DNA of 64,000 nucleotides from an uncultured Fibrobacterota bacterium (lineage in GTDB: Bacteria > Fibrobacterota > Chitinivibrionia > Chitinivibrionales > FEN-1185), in contig CAVSQB010000020.1 of the NCBI GenBank assembly GCA_963729895.1, positions 1-64,000 on the forward strand. Reading direction: 5' to 3'. Positions 20,740 to 30,028 of the stretch are shown in pieces; position 1 is the first letter of the stretch, and every line of letters begins with the position of its first letter. Made by a program: the position numbers and the translations under genes. The notes below the pieces were generated by a model that was not told where the DNA came from, did no database searches, and was given only the letters and a program-made list of their open reading frames with translations.

Positions 20740-21612
20740 ATGAGAATTCTTGTTGTGGGACATAGGGGCCAGCTTGGCAAGGACATGATGCGTGCCGCAT
20801 TTTCCAGCGGCCATGCAGTTGCCGGAGCCGACTTTCCTGACGTCGACATCACGAACCCTGCCAGCGTTGCCGCCGTGGTCAAGCAGAATGCTCCCGAAGT
20901 CATTATCAATTGCGCCGCGTTTACTGCTGTTGACCAGTGCGAAAGTGAATCCCCTAAGGCCTTTGCGGTCAACGAAGGCGGTGTGAAGAATCTGGCGGTG
21001 GCCGCCCGGGAGTGCGGAGCCAAGATCGTGCACCTCAGCACCGATTATGTTTTTGACGGCAGAAAGAAATCACCATACGTGGAAACCGATGCCCCGAATC
21101 CCTTGTCGGTCTACGGCAAATCCAAGCTTGCCGGCGAACTGCGGCTGGTTGAGGCGTACGATCGCCATTTCATTTTCCGGATCGCCTGGCTTTACGGAAC
21201 GCGGGGGAACAACTTTCTCAAAACCATCCGGGCGCGTGCGGAAAAATGCGCTCTATCCGGAGAACCGCTCAAAGTCGTTGACGACCAGATTGGAACCCCC
21301 ACCTACACCGTTCACGTATGCAATCAGATTCTGCGGATGATCTCCACCGATCATTACGGCCTCTTTCATGCTACCAACGAGGGATGTTGTTCGTGGTACG
21401 GTTTTGCCAGGGCGATTATCCAGGCATACGGCATTCGCGCCGCGTTGGTGCCCTGCACCACCGCCGAATTCCCGCGTCCCGCCCACCGGCCCGCCAACAG
21501 CGTGCTGGAAAACAAACGGCTCAAGCAGCTCGGCCTCAACATTATGCCGCAGTGGGAACAGGGTCTGGAGGAGTATCTCAAGGAAGAATCGTTGGAGACC
21601 ACCGAAGACTAA
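20740..21612 (+). CDS. rfbD: dTDP-4-dehydrorhamnose reductase
   Basis: GHRGQLG, INCAAFTAVD, STDYVFDG, YGKSK and DDQIGTPT motifs. Confidence 0.95.
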   Translation: MRILVVGHRGQLGKDMMRAAFSSGHAVAGADFPDVDITNPASVAAVVKQNAPEVIINCAAFTAVDQCESESPKAFAVNEGGVKNLAVAARECGAKIVHLSTDYVFDGRKKSPYVETDAPNPLSVYGKSKLAGELRLVEAYDRHFIFRIAWLYGTRGNNFLKTIRARAEKCALSGEPLKVVDDQIGTPTYTVHVCNQILRMISTDHYGLFHATNEGCCSWYGFARAIIQAYGIRAALVPCTTAEFPRPAHRPANSVLENKRLKQLGLNIMPQWEQGLEEYLKEESLETTED

Positions 21613-21636
21613 GGAGAGACAAGGAGTCGACCAATC

Positions 21637-22632
21637 ATGAAAATTCTCATCACCGGAGGTTGCGGATTTATCGGATCGAATTTTATCCTTCATCTGCTCT
21701 CGTCGCGGCCGGACTGCGAGATTGTCAATCTCGACGCCCTCACCTATGCCGGCAATCCCGACAACCTCAGGACCGTTGAGAACGACAACCGTTATACCTT
21801 TATCAAGGCAAACATATGCGATGCAGCCGCATGCACCGCCCTGTTCTCGCGGCACAACGTGGACGCCGTTGTTCACTTCGCCGCCGAATCGCATGTGGAC
21901 AGAAGCATCGAGGGACCGGCGGCGTTTGTCCTTACCAACGTGCTCGGAACGCAGAACCTTCTCGAAAGCGCTCGAAAAGCCTGGAACGGTTCTTTCGGCG
22001 GCAAGCGGTTTGTCCACGTTTCAACCGACGAGGTCTACGGCACGCTCGGGCCAATGGGTTCCTTTTCGGAAACAACCCCCCTCGCGCCAAACAGCCCCTA
22101 CTCCGCGAGCAAGGCCGGCAGCGATCTTGTCGCGCGCGCATACTTCGAAACCTACGGATTCCCTGCAATCGTTACGCGCTGCTCCAACAACTACGGCCCG
22201 CTCCAGTTTCCGGAAAAGCTCATCCCGCTCATGATCATCAATGCCATGCGCGACATATCGCTGCCGGTCTACGGTAATGGTCTCAACATTCGGGACTGGC
22301 TGCACGTTACGGACCATTGCAGAGCCATCGAAACGGTGCTTCTCTCGGGGAAGCCCGGGCAGGTCTACAACATAGGCGGGTCGAATGAATGGCGCAACAT
22401 AGATATTGTCAAACTTGTCCTCAAAGAGCTCGGCAAACCGGAGAGCCTTATCCGCTTTGTGGCCGACCGGCTGGGGCACGACCGGCGCTACGCAATCGAC
22501 GCAAGCAAGATTCGGCGCGAGCTCGGGTGGAAACCGGAAGTGGAGTTCGATGACGGAATAAGGATGACAATTAAGTGGTACCTGGAGAATAAAGGGTGGT
22601 GGGAAAAGTTGCTTAAGAGGAGCAACGGTTGA
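21637..22632 (+). CDS. rfbB: dTDP-glucose 4,6-dehydratase
   Basis: TGGCGFIGSN, LTYAGN, AAESHVDRSI, STDEVYG, YSASK and DRLGHDRRY motifs. Confidence 0.96.
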   Translation: MKILITGGCGFIGSNFILHLLSSRPDCEIVNLDALTYAGNPDNLRTVENDNRYTFIKANICDAAACTALFSRHNVDAVVHFAAESHVDRSIEGPAAFVLTNVLGTQNLLESARKAWNGSFGGKRFVHVSTDEVYGTLGPMGSFSETTPLAPNSPYSASKAGSDLVARAYFETYGFPAIVTRCSNNYGPLQFPEKLIPLMIINAMRDISLPVYGNGLNIRDWLHVTDHCRAIETVLLSGKPGQVYNIGGSNEWRNIDIVKLVLKELGKPESLIRFVADRLGHDRRYAIDASKIRRELGWKPEVEFDDGIRMTIKWYLENKGWWEKLLKRSNG

Positions 22633-22698
22633 TCATCCACAACCCGCCGCTTGCAATCCACCGCGGGTTGCTTCATCGGGCGGCAGTGGAACACTTCT

Positions 22699-23436
22699 CT
22701 ATTTCCCCTTCATCAACTCTTTGTCCATCGCCAGGTTCTTCTTTACGAATTGTTCCTTCTCAACCGCCTGCATGTCCATTTTTTCCTGCGCAAATTTCCC
22801 GTCGGTGCGAACCGCAATTCTCTGTCCGGCAACTATGGTGCGCCATTGATCGAGTGACACTTCGTAGGGACCGGGGATTTCTTCCGGGCCGGGCACTTCT
22901 ATGGGCTGCTCCGTCTTGACTGCGTTCTTTTTTTCAGCTTCGAGTTTCTTTTTCAGATCGTCTGAAGGGCCAACCGCGACTTTTCCTTCGAACACCGCCA
23001 CGTACGAGGCGGAATCGGGAATACTCGACATGTCGAACACCGTGCCGCGAATCGCGGCGACCGCGGTCGGCGTCGACACCTGAAACTCCTTGCCGGTGGA
23101 GACGAGCTTCCGCATATTGACCCACACGGTGCCGATGGCGCTTTTGGTCTTGATGGTTTTTTCGGACGAGGCCTCGATGGTGACCTTGGTCTTTTCGTCC
23201 ATGCGGAGCACGGTACCGATGACGTAACGAATTTCAACGAAGCTTTCTTCGTGTGAGTAAACCTGGTCGCCCACCTCAAGCGGCATGCCCGGTTTCGCAT
23301 TTCGCCAGTCTGCGGCGTCTTTCTTAAGGACCTGCACCACACCCTCGATGGTTGCGATCTTCGCCACGCTGTCGGCGAAAATGGGACACACAAGCGAACA
23401 AACGCCCGTCACTGCAATCAGTACCATCCCGCGCAT
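22699..23436 (-). CDS. Secreted FecR-domain protein
   Basis: Signal peptide; GDQVYS, LRMDEKT, GTVW, VSTPTAVAAIRGT and VFEGKVAV motifs. Confidence 0.75.
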   Translation of the reverse strand: MRGMVLIAVTGVCSLVCPIFADSVAKIATIEGVVQVLKKDAADWRNAKPGMPLEVGDQVYSHEESFVEIRYVIGTVLRMDEKTKVTIEASSEKTIKTKSAIGTVWVNMRKLVSTGKEFQVSTPTAVAAIRGTVFDMSSIPDSASYVAVFEGKVAVGPSDDLKKKLEAEKKNAVKTEQPIEVPGPEEIPGPYEVSLDQWRTIVAGQRIAVRTDGKFAQEKMDMQAVEKEQFVKKNLAMDKELMKGK

Positions 23437-23507
23437 GATTTTCTCCTTTAGAAATGGAGGCCTATTACCTGATTTTCAACCGGCAACCTGCATTTTGAAA
23501 TCCGCAA

Positions 23508-24605
23508 TCACATGGTCCACTTGCGGTCGCTCGTTCCCTCGACGCCTTTGACTTTGAGCTCAAAATCGTCCGCGTTGCTCGCGTTCTGCTTTGCAACCTG
23601 GAATGAGATGAGGTCGTCCCTAAAGAGCTGAAGCAGCGACTGGTCGAACGACTGGGAACCATATTGCGTGTATCCCTCGCAGATTGCCGGCATGATGAGA
23701 TGGGCCTTGTCGGGATTGAGAATGTATTCCGCGATCGCAGCACTGTTGATCATGATTTCCGCGGCGGGCACGCGGCTGTGTCCATCCTTTTTCGGCAGAA
23801 GCCGCAGGGAAACCACCGCGACGAGCACATTTGAGAGCACGAGTCTCACTTGCTGGTGCTGGTGGGGCGGGAAGAACGACAGGATGCGGGAAATGGTTTC
23901 CATCGCGTTCATAGTGTGGAGCGTGCTCATTACGAGGTGGCCGGTGTCTGCCGCGCTCATGGCGGTATCCATGGTATCCTTGTCACGTATTTCACCGATG
24001 AGAATTACGTCCGGATCCTGGCGGAAACTTGCACGCAGGGCATTTGCAAAGCGGATGGTGTCGGGGCCAATTTCCCGTTGGGCAATGATGCTCTTCTTAT
24101 CTTTGTAAAGGTATTCGATGGGATCTTCGATGGTAACGACATTGACGGAAGCGTTTGTATTGATATGGTCGATCATCGAGGCCAGAAGCGTGGACTTGCC
24201 CGACCCGGTGGTGCCGGTCACGAGAATGAGCCCTCGCTTCTTCATGGCGATATCCAGGATCACGTTGGGGAGGGAGAGCTCGGAAAACAAGGGTATCTGG
24301 GTCTTGATGGACCGGATGGCAAGCGAAGCCGTTCCGCGCTGGTGCGAAGCATTGATCCTGAACCGGCCCACACCCTTGAGTCCCATGGCGAAATCCACCT
24401 CATGGGTCTTGTCGAAAACCTCCTTCTGCTCAGGCCGCATGATCTCGGCGCACACCCGTTCCATTTCGTCAAACGACACGGCATCCATTTGTGCGCGAAA
24501 CAGCGCGCCATTGATGCGGAACGTGGGCGCCGTACCTACTCGCAAGTGCAAATCCGAAGCGCCGTTGTCGAACATCGTTTTGAGCAGCATCTGAATATTG
24601 ATCAT
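23508..24605 (-). CDS. Type IV pilus retraction ATPase, PilT/PilU family
   Basis: ASDLHL, RFRIN, TGTTGSGKST, TIEDPIE, RQDPDVILIGEIRD and TGHLVMSTLH motifs. AIAEYI replaces the canonical PilT AIRNLIRE motif. Confidence 0.92.
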   Translation of the reverse strand: MINIQMLLKTMFDNGASDLHLRVGTAPTFRINGALFRAQMDAVSFDEMERVCAEIMRPEQKEVFDKTHEVDFAMGLKGVGRFRINASHQRGTASLAIRSIKTQIPLFSELSLPNVILDIAMKKRGLILVTGTTGSGKSTLLASMIDHINTNASVNVVTIEDPIEYLYKDKKSIIAQREIGPDTIRFANALRASFRQDPDVILIGEIRDKDTMDTAMSAADTGHLVMSTLHTMNAMETISRILSFFPPHQHQQVRLVLSNVLVAVVSLRLLPKKDGHSRVPAAEIMINSAAIAEYILNPDKAHLIMPAICEGYTQYGSQSFDQSLLQLFRDDLISFQVAKQNASNADDFELKVKGVEGTSDRKWTM

Positions 24606-25684
24606 GCGATTCCAACCTCCGTGAGAACGCGCGGCGATGCGGTGAGAATCTCGCAGCCCTCTTTGCGTACGACAACCATGTCTTCGATGCGCACGCCTCC
24701 GAAACGCGGATGATATATTCCGGGCTCAACCGTAATGACCGTATCCCGCTGTAAAATAGATGTGTCGGAAGCGCTGATGCGAGGCTTTTCATGGATGCGC
24801 AGGCCGACGCCGTGGCCTGTCGCATGGCCGAACAGAGGGCCGTACCCCGCCGCAGAAATCATGTCGCGAGCGCATTTGTCAATATCACACGCGCGCCGCC
24901 CGGCCCTCACACTGAGGCGCGCCGCTTCCTGCGCCTTCAGCACCGCTCCGTAGACCTTCCTCTGGATCGCCGACGCCCTACCCAGCACGAACGTGCGGGT
25001 CATGTCGGACGCGAACCCTCCGACGGTGCAGCCGAAATCACACAGCACCCAGTCGCCGCGCCTTAATGCGGCGTCGCTGGGAATTCCGTGTGGAAGCGCG
25101 GCCCTGCGGCCGAACAATACGATGGTATCGAAGGACGGTCGCTCCGACCCGTATTTCCTGCAGCGGTCTTCACAGAACGCGGCAAGCTCCTTTTCGGTGA
25201 TGCCCGGCCGCGCCGCGCGGAGCATGTCGCACAACGCCTTGTCGCCGATAACCGCAGCGCGGCGCATGCATTCGATTTCGGCCGCGGTCTTTGGAACGAA
25301 AACATCGCCAAACGAGTTCGGAAGCGCCACAAGCCGGACACCGGGACACGCGCGCCTCAGAAGCCTGAACTGGTCTACGGTGAGCGCATTCGACTGGTAG
25401 CCCACGTCGCAATGACTCCCCAGCGCCTTTTTCAGGAACGAAAAATCGCTTTCCTTTATTTCAAGGAATTTCCATTCCCTGTGCTTCCTGCAGAACGCCA
25501 GCGCCGCCTCGCGGTAGCGAAAATCCGAGCAAAGGAGGTTTCCACTGCGCGACACCACGCAATGCGCATTTGAGGACCGGAAACCCGTAAGGTATTCGAC
25601 GTCGCAGGCATCGGACACAATGATGTGCGTGTATCGTCCCGACGACACGAACTTCTTGATTTTAGAGAGGCGGGTGTTTATCAT
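24602..25684 (-). CDS. Xaa-Pro aminopeptidase (M24B)
   Basis: ALPHG, DFG..SDMTRT, HATGHGVGL, TVEPGIY and GVRIED motifs. Confidence 0.92.
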   Translation of the reverse strand: MINTRLSKIKKFVSSGRYTHIIVSDACDVEYLTGFRSSNAHCVVSRSGNLLCSDFRYREAALAFCRKHREWKFLEIKESDFSFLKKALGSHCDVGYQSNALTVDQFRLLRRACPGVRLVALPNSFGDVFVPKTAAEIECMRRAAVIGDKALCDMLRAARPGITEKELAAFCEDRCRKYGSERPSFDTIVLFGRRAALPHGIPSDAALRRGDWVLCDFGCTVGGFASDMTRTFVLGRASAIQRKVYGAVLKAQEAARLSVRAGRRACDIDKCARDMISAAGYGPLFGHATGHGVGLRIHEKPRISASDTSILQRDTVITVEPGIYHPRFGGVRIEDMVVVRKEGCEILTASPRVLTEVGIA

Positions 25685-25794
25685 AGCGCAAAACGCCGGT
25701 CGGATCGGAGCGGTTATAGAACGAGCCGCGATACTTCGGACCCGGGGAATGCCCGGAGGTTCGCCGCATCGCGGGCGGGACTTCCTAGAGAAGA

Positions 25795-28548
25795 CTACTG
25801 CGGTCTCCCCGCCTTGCTCTTGAACTTCTTCTTGATTCTCACTCCAGAAAGCGGTTTTGCCGCGGACCGTTGTTTTCTCTTCTTGGCAGGTTGGGCCTGC
25901 AAAGCGGGCCCAACCTGAACGGCGGTCTCCTTGGGTGATACGTCCAGCACAATGGTTTCCTCGACTTCCTGGGACGCAAAGGTTGCTTCTATCTCCCGGA
26001 TCCTCTTTGCGATGCGCTCGTTGTCCGGATCTGCATGCAGAAGACGACGGTATAGTTGCAACGCGAGCTTCGGCTGCCCTTGCTGATAGTAGATGTCGGC
26101 CAGGGTGGGAGTGAGCACGTGGTCGGGAATTGAGAAGACCTGCGTCTGGTCGGGGTCTGATCCCGGTGCCGATTCCTCTTTGGCAATATCTGCGTGCGCC
26201 GGGACAGGGCCGGCCGTTTCGTGCACTTCAGTCTCGTCGGCTTCACTCGGCCCGGAAACCGGCGCGGCCAAAAACGGATCGCGCGACCCGGAAAGAATGG
26301 TCTCTTCCTCGGCGGGCATGGTGTCTTCGCCCTCCTCGTCCATCAACACGGTCCGCTCCTCGGGTTCCCGGGCCAGATCGAGCGTATCGGACTCCGGGCC
26401 TGCCGCATCCATCTTGTCAAGTTCAAATACAGGCACGTCCCCCGATTCCGGGGGCTCGGTGGTTTCGGCGGACGCCGTTTCGCGCACTTCAGTCTCGTCG
26501 GACGCACCCGGCCCGGAGACCGGCGCGGCCAAAAATGGATCACGCGACCCGGAAAGAATGGTCTCTTCCTCGGCGGGCATGGTGTCTTCGCCCTCCTCGT
26601 CCATCAACACGGTCCTTTCCTCGGGTTCCCGGGCCAAGTCGAGCGTATCGGACTCCGGGCCTGCCGCGTCCATCTTGTCAAGTTCGAATACCGGCACGTC
26701 CCCCGACCCTGCAGGCTCGGCGATTTCGCCGGGCGTGGTGTCTAATTCCCGGCCCACCGCTTCGTCTTCATTATCGCTTTCAGGCATCGGCTCCGCAGAT
26801 CCAAGCGCGCCTTCCGTGCTTTCGTCGCCGAATAAGTCATCCATTCTCCCTGCCACGTCGTCGCCCGACATGCCCGGGGCAGAGTCTTCAATTTCGGGAC
26901 CAACAGCGTCGTCGATGTCCGGCGTTTCCTCGGAAACCTGTTGAGACGTTGATTCCACAGGCGCCGGCGTGCCGGCTCCGGATACAATCAGGGTCTCGGA
27001 CGCCGACTCAAGCGCGTCACCGCCATCGCCGATGACAATGGCCCCTTCACCAATGTCAATCGGCGGTTTGGTGTCCTCACCCGGGTGGTTGGTATCCTCG
27101 GCCAAGGCAGGTGCCTTATCGGCGCGGGACACGTCCGTTGCGTCGGCAGCATGGTCAGGTATCTCTTCACCGCGCGCGCCGTCGGTCGGTTGATCGGCCT
27201 CTCCTTCGTCAAAAATGGTTTCAAGCCGGAGCGAGACATCGTCGCCGGAAATCACTCCTTCGGGAGTCGGAGGCGGCGCAGGTTCTGCCCCGCCGATGGT
27301 GATCTCCTCCTCTGGTGTGTCGTCAACGCTTTTCGGTTGCACATCATCCGCCTCATCCGAAACCGGACCTATCGCAGTGTCGGAAACGTCCCCCACCGGT
27401 GTTTCTTCAACCGATAACGAGTCGTCGGATAATGGCGCGGGGGACGGAACCTCATCGAACATCTCGTTGAGCCGCGAGGTGATGTCTTGACCCGAAATAT
27501 CCGAGCTTTCCACCGGCCGCAATTCGTCGCGGGACTCTTCTCGCACAGGATCGGCGGAAGTCGGCTGTTGCATCAACGTTTCTTCAAGGGATTCCTGTTT
27601 GTCGGCATCGCCGGTGTAATCCGCCTTGGACGCGATGGTGGGAGCTTCTTCTTCGCCAAACAATTGTTCGATGCGTGAGCTGATGTCGCTGCCCGATACA
27701 ACCCCGGTTTCAACGCCCTTCACCGTTGCAAGACCGATCTCTTCATCCGGCCCGTTTGCCTTATCTGTACCGATATCCACATGATCAAGCACTTCCGGCT
27801 CGACGGCCGACGCGGCAGGTTCCTGCTCACCAAACATCATTGCCATGCGTGAACTGATGTCGTCCCCGGTAACGACGCCGGCCTCCATTCCGGGGGACTC
27901 GGCCGCGATTTCTTCGGTTACGCCGGCGGCGGTGCCCAGTTCCCGGGGATCAAACTGCTGCGTCTTCACCATCATCTCGCTCAGATCACCCTCTTTCTGC
28001 GGCGGCCGTCTGGACCGGAGCGGACCCAGGTCCAATTGTATCGTCTTTTCAACATCGGCTATCGCCTCGGGCGACGTTTCACCGGCTGCCGGCTCTCGCG
28101 CCGCAGCCCCCATGCCCAGGATACGCATGACGTCGGTATCACCGGTTCCGGAAAACGAGCCGGCAAGCTCCGCAAGCGTCTGATTGTCCGGATCCAGGCC
28201 GAACAGGTACGCGTAGAGATCGCCGGCCTTTTCCTTCATTCCTTGGCGGGCGCAGATGTCCGCAATCATCTTTACGGCGACCTGATTTCGCCGGTCTTCC
28301 TTGACTGCCTTGACAAATTCACCTATCGCCTCCCGGAATTTTTCCTGTTCGAGAAAGCACCGTCCCAAAATTACCCTGGCGGTCGTGTGATTCGGATGGT
28401 TCTGGAGGCCCAGGGTGCACACGCCGATGGCCTGCTGGATTTCACCGTTTTTCAGGTGGCTTTCTGCAAGGCGGGAAAACACGAGCGACTGAGGGTTCCG
28501 GCTGAGTTTGGATTCAAAATACTGGACCGAGGCGTCTTCTTTGGCCAT
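25795..28548 (-). CDS. TPR - acidic disordered linker - TPR protein (putative polar/T4P scaffold, FimV-like architecture)
   Basis: N-terminal TPRs, ~600-aa D/E/P-rich region, C-terminal TPTLADIYYQQG TPR and a basic tail; co-oriented with the peptidase and pilT-like genes. Confidence 0.75.
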   Translation of the reverse strand: MAKEDASVQYFESKLSRNPQSLVFSRLAESHLKNGEIQQAIGVCTLGLQNHPNHTTARVILGRCFLEQEKFREAIGEFVKAVKEDRRNQVAVKMIADICARQGMKEKAGDLYAYLFGLDPDNQTLAELAGSFSGTGDTDVMRILGMGAAAREPAAGETSPEAIADVEKTIQLDLGPLRSRRPPQKEGDLSEMMVKTQQFDPRELGTAAGVTEEIAAESPGMEAGVVTGDDISSRMAMMFGEQEPAASAVEPEVLDHVDIGTDKANGPDEEIGLATVKGVETGVVSGSDISSRIEQLFGEEEAPTIASKADYTGDADKQESLEETLMQQPTSADPVREESRDELRPVESSDISGQDITSRLNEMFDEVPSPAPLSDDSLSVEETPVGDVSDTAIGPVSDEADDVQPKSVDDTPEEEITIGGAEPAPPPTPEGVISGDDVSLRLETIFDEGEADQPTDGARGEEIPDHAADATDVSRADKAPALAEDTNHPGEDTKPPIDIGEGAIVIGDGGDALESASETLIVSGAGTPAPVESTSQQVSEETPDIDDAVGPEIEDSAPGMSGDDVAGRMDDLFGDESTEGALGSAEPMPESDNEDEAVGRELDTTPGEIAEPAGSGDVPVFELDKMDAAGPESDTLDLAREPEERTVLMDEEGEDTMPAEEETILSGSRDPFLAAPVSGPGASDETEVRETASAETTEPPESGDVPVFELDKMDAAGPESDTLDLAREPEERTVLMDEEGEDTMPAEEETILSGSRDPFLAAPVSGPSEADETEVHETAGPVPAHADIAKEESAPGSDPDQTQVFSIPDHVLTPTLADIYYQQGQPKLALQLYRRLLHADPDNERIAKRIREIEATFASQEVEETIVLDVSPKETAVQVGPALQAQPAKKRKQRSAAKPLSGVRIKKKFKSKAGRPQ
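26213..26732. repeat. In-frame tandem duplication, 2 x ~261 bp (87 aa)
   Basis: SGDVPVFELDKMDAAGPESDTLDLAREPEERTVLMDEEGEDTMPAEEETILSGSRDPFLAAPVSGP occurs twice; DNA offset 261 with a few substitutions. Confidence 0.92.
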
Positions 28549-28669
28549 TGCTTACTGCTCCTGGTTCAAACAAGATCTCCGGTGGCCGGTGCTACCGCCG
28601 AAACGCATGAGCCATCACCGGAAAATCGGGCATGGATACCCGCCCGACGGCCCGGCCGGCAACCCTTTA

Positions 28670-28698
28670 ACAGTACCATAAAACAAAAGAAAAATCAA
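28670..28698 (-). promoter_or_regulatory. Predicted sigma70 promoter for the TPR-peptidase-pilT genes
   Basis: TTGATT-N17-TACTGT with an extended TGn before the -10 box. Confidence 0.55.
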
Positions 28699-28723
28699 TG
28701 CCGGAAAGTAGCCGCCTCAATCG

Positions 28724-30028
28724 CGCATTGCCTCAAATTAAATGTAACCGAAGGCTTAATCGAAACACGCACCAATTGATTCGTTGCCTCATAATTAAGG
28801 TAACCCAAGAAAAAAGGGGGTTACCACTATGGGGCACAAAGAAAAAGAAGCATATCGGGAAGCGATACGACAACGATATGCCCATTCCAACAGAGCCGGC
28901 AAAAAGCAGATTCTCGATGAGTTTTGTGCGATTTGCCGATACAATCGCAAGTACGCTATCCGGCTACTTGGAAAACGCAAACAGAAACAAAAAGCCAAGC
29001 GTGGAAGAAGACCCTTATATGCTGAACCGCTTTTTATTAAGGCGTTACAGTACATCTGGAAAGCCTCTGATTTCATGTGCTCTCGCCGCCTTAAGGTTGT
29101 CATTCCAGTATGGCTGCCATTCTACGAACAATCCTTTGAACTGCTTTCCGAGGAAGTCCGTGCGCGGCTCCTCTCTGTCAGCCGCTCCACGCTTGACCGC
29201 GTCCTATGCCCTTTACGTACGCGTATGGGCAAGGGATTGTGCGGCACCAAGCCCGGCTCCATGCTGCGCAATCAAATCCCCATCCGTACCGACAACTGGG
29301 ATATTACCCAGCCTGGATTCATGGAGGCGGATACGGTTGCCCATTGCGGCACCAGCCTTGCCGGAGAATTTGTGTGGAGCCTTATCATGACTGACATCCA
29401 TACTGCTTGGACCGAAGGCCGTGCTGTGTGGAATAAGGGCTCCCAGGGTGTCATTGAGCAGGTTAAAGACATCGAACGACGAATACCTTTTGCCCTGCGT
29501 GGCTTTGACTGTGATAACGGGTCCGAGTTCCTCAACTATCATCTCGAACGCTACTTCGCCGTGCGACAAGACCCTGTAAAGTTCACCCGGTCACGTCCCT
29601 ACAAGAAAAACGACAACGCCCATGTCGAACAGAAAAACTGGGCGCAGGCCAGGCACATGCTTGGTTATGATCGGATCGAAAACCCCGACACGCTTCCCCT
29701 CATTAACGACCTCTATGCCAACGAGTGGTCTCTCTATCAAAACCACTTCTGTCCATCGCTGAAACTCAAATCTAAAATCCGGATAGGATCTCGATACCGC
29801 AAGACCTATGAAGAACCGAAAACTCCCTATCAAAGAATCGTTGAATCACCTTACATAGCTTCAGAAGTCAAGCAAAGCCTTGAACTGACCCACCGTGCTC
29901 TCAATCCATTCCAATTAAAAAAGACTATCGAAAGAAAACTCAAAACCATTTTCAACCTTGTTACGGTTACCTCATTTGTGAGGCATCGAATCTGACCCTT
30001 CGGTTACCTTTTATTATGAGGCAACACG
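28724..30028 (+). mobile_element. Insertion sequence copy 1 (1305 bp)
   Basis: Matches 44657-45961 end to end. Imperfect TIRs are CGCATTGCCTCA.. and CGTGTTGCCTCA..; TSD ATCG at 28720-28723 and 30029-30032. Confidence 0.95.
28829..29995 (+). CDS. DDE (rve/integrase-core) transposase, Rv2807/IS1604-like
   Basis: EADTVAHCG, MTDIHTAWTE, FDCDNGSEF and RSRPYKKNDNAHVEQKN motifs; the family assignment is from recalled motifs. Confidence 0.88.
   Translation: MGHKEKEAYREAIRQRYAHSNRAGKKQILDEFCAICRYNRKYAIRLLGKRKQKQKAKRGRRPLYAEPLFIKALQYIWKASDFMCSRRLKVVIPVWLPFYEQSFELLSEEVRARLLSVSRSTLDRVLCPLRTRMGKGLCGTKPGSMLRNQIPIRTDNWDITQPGFMEADTVAHCGTSLAGEFVWSLIMTDIHTAWTEGRAVWNKGSQGVIEQVKDIERRIPFALRGFDCDNGSEFLNYHLERYFAVRQDPVKFTRSRPYKKNDNAHVEQKNWAQARHMLGYDRIENPDTLPLINDLYANEWSLYQNHFCPSLKLKSKIRIGSRYRKTYEEPKTPYQRIVESPYIASEVKQSLELTHRALNPFQLKKTIERKLKTIFNLVTVTSFVRHRI

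Noticed and set aside
28724..28828. Guide/bridge RNA encoded by the IS
   Set aside because: The non-coding ends are only 105 and 33 bp and are accounted for by the binding motifs and the RBS hairpin. The enzyme is DDE, not IS110/TnpB, and no complementarity to the targets was seen.
28698..29390. Alternative-frame ORF overlapping the transposase (also 44661..45323)
   Set aside because: It starts differently in the two copies and has no motif. The main ORF already contains the full DDE triad, so no frameshift is required.
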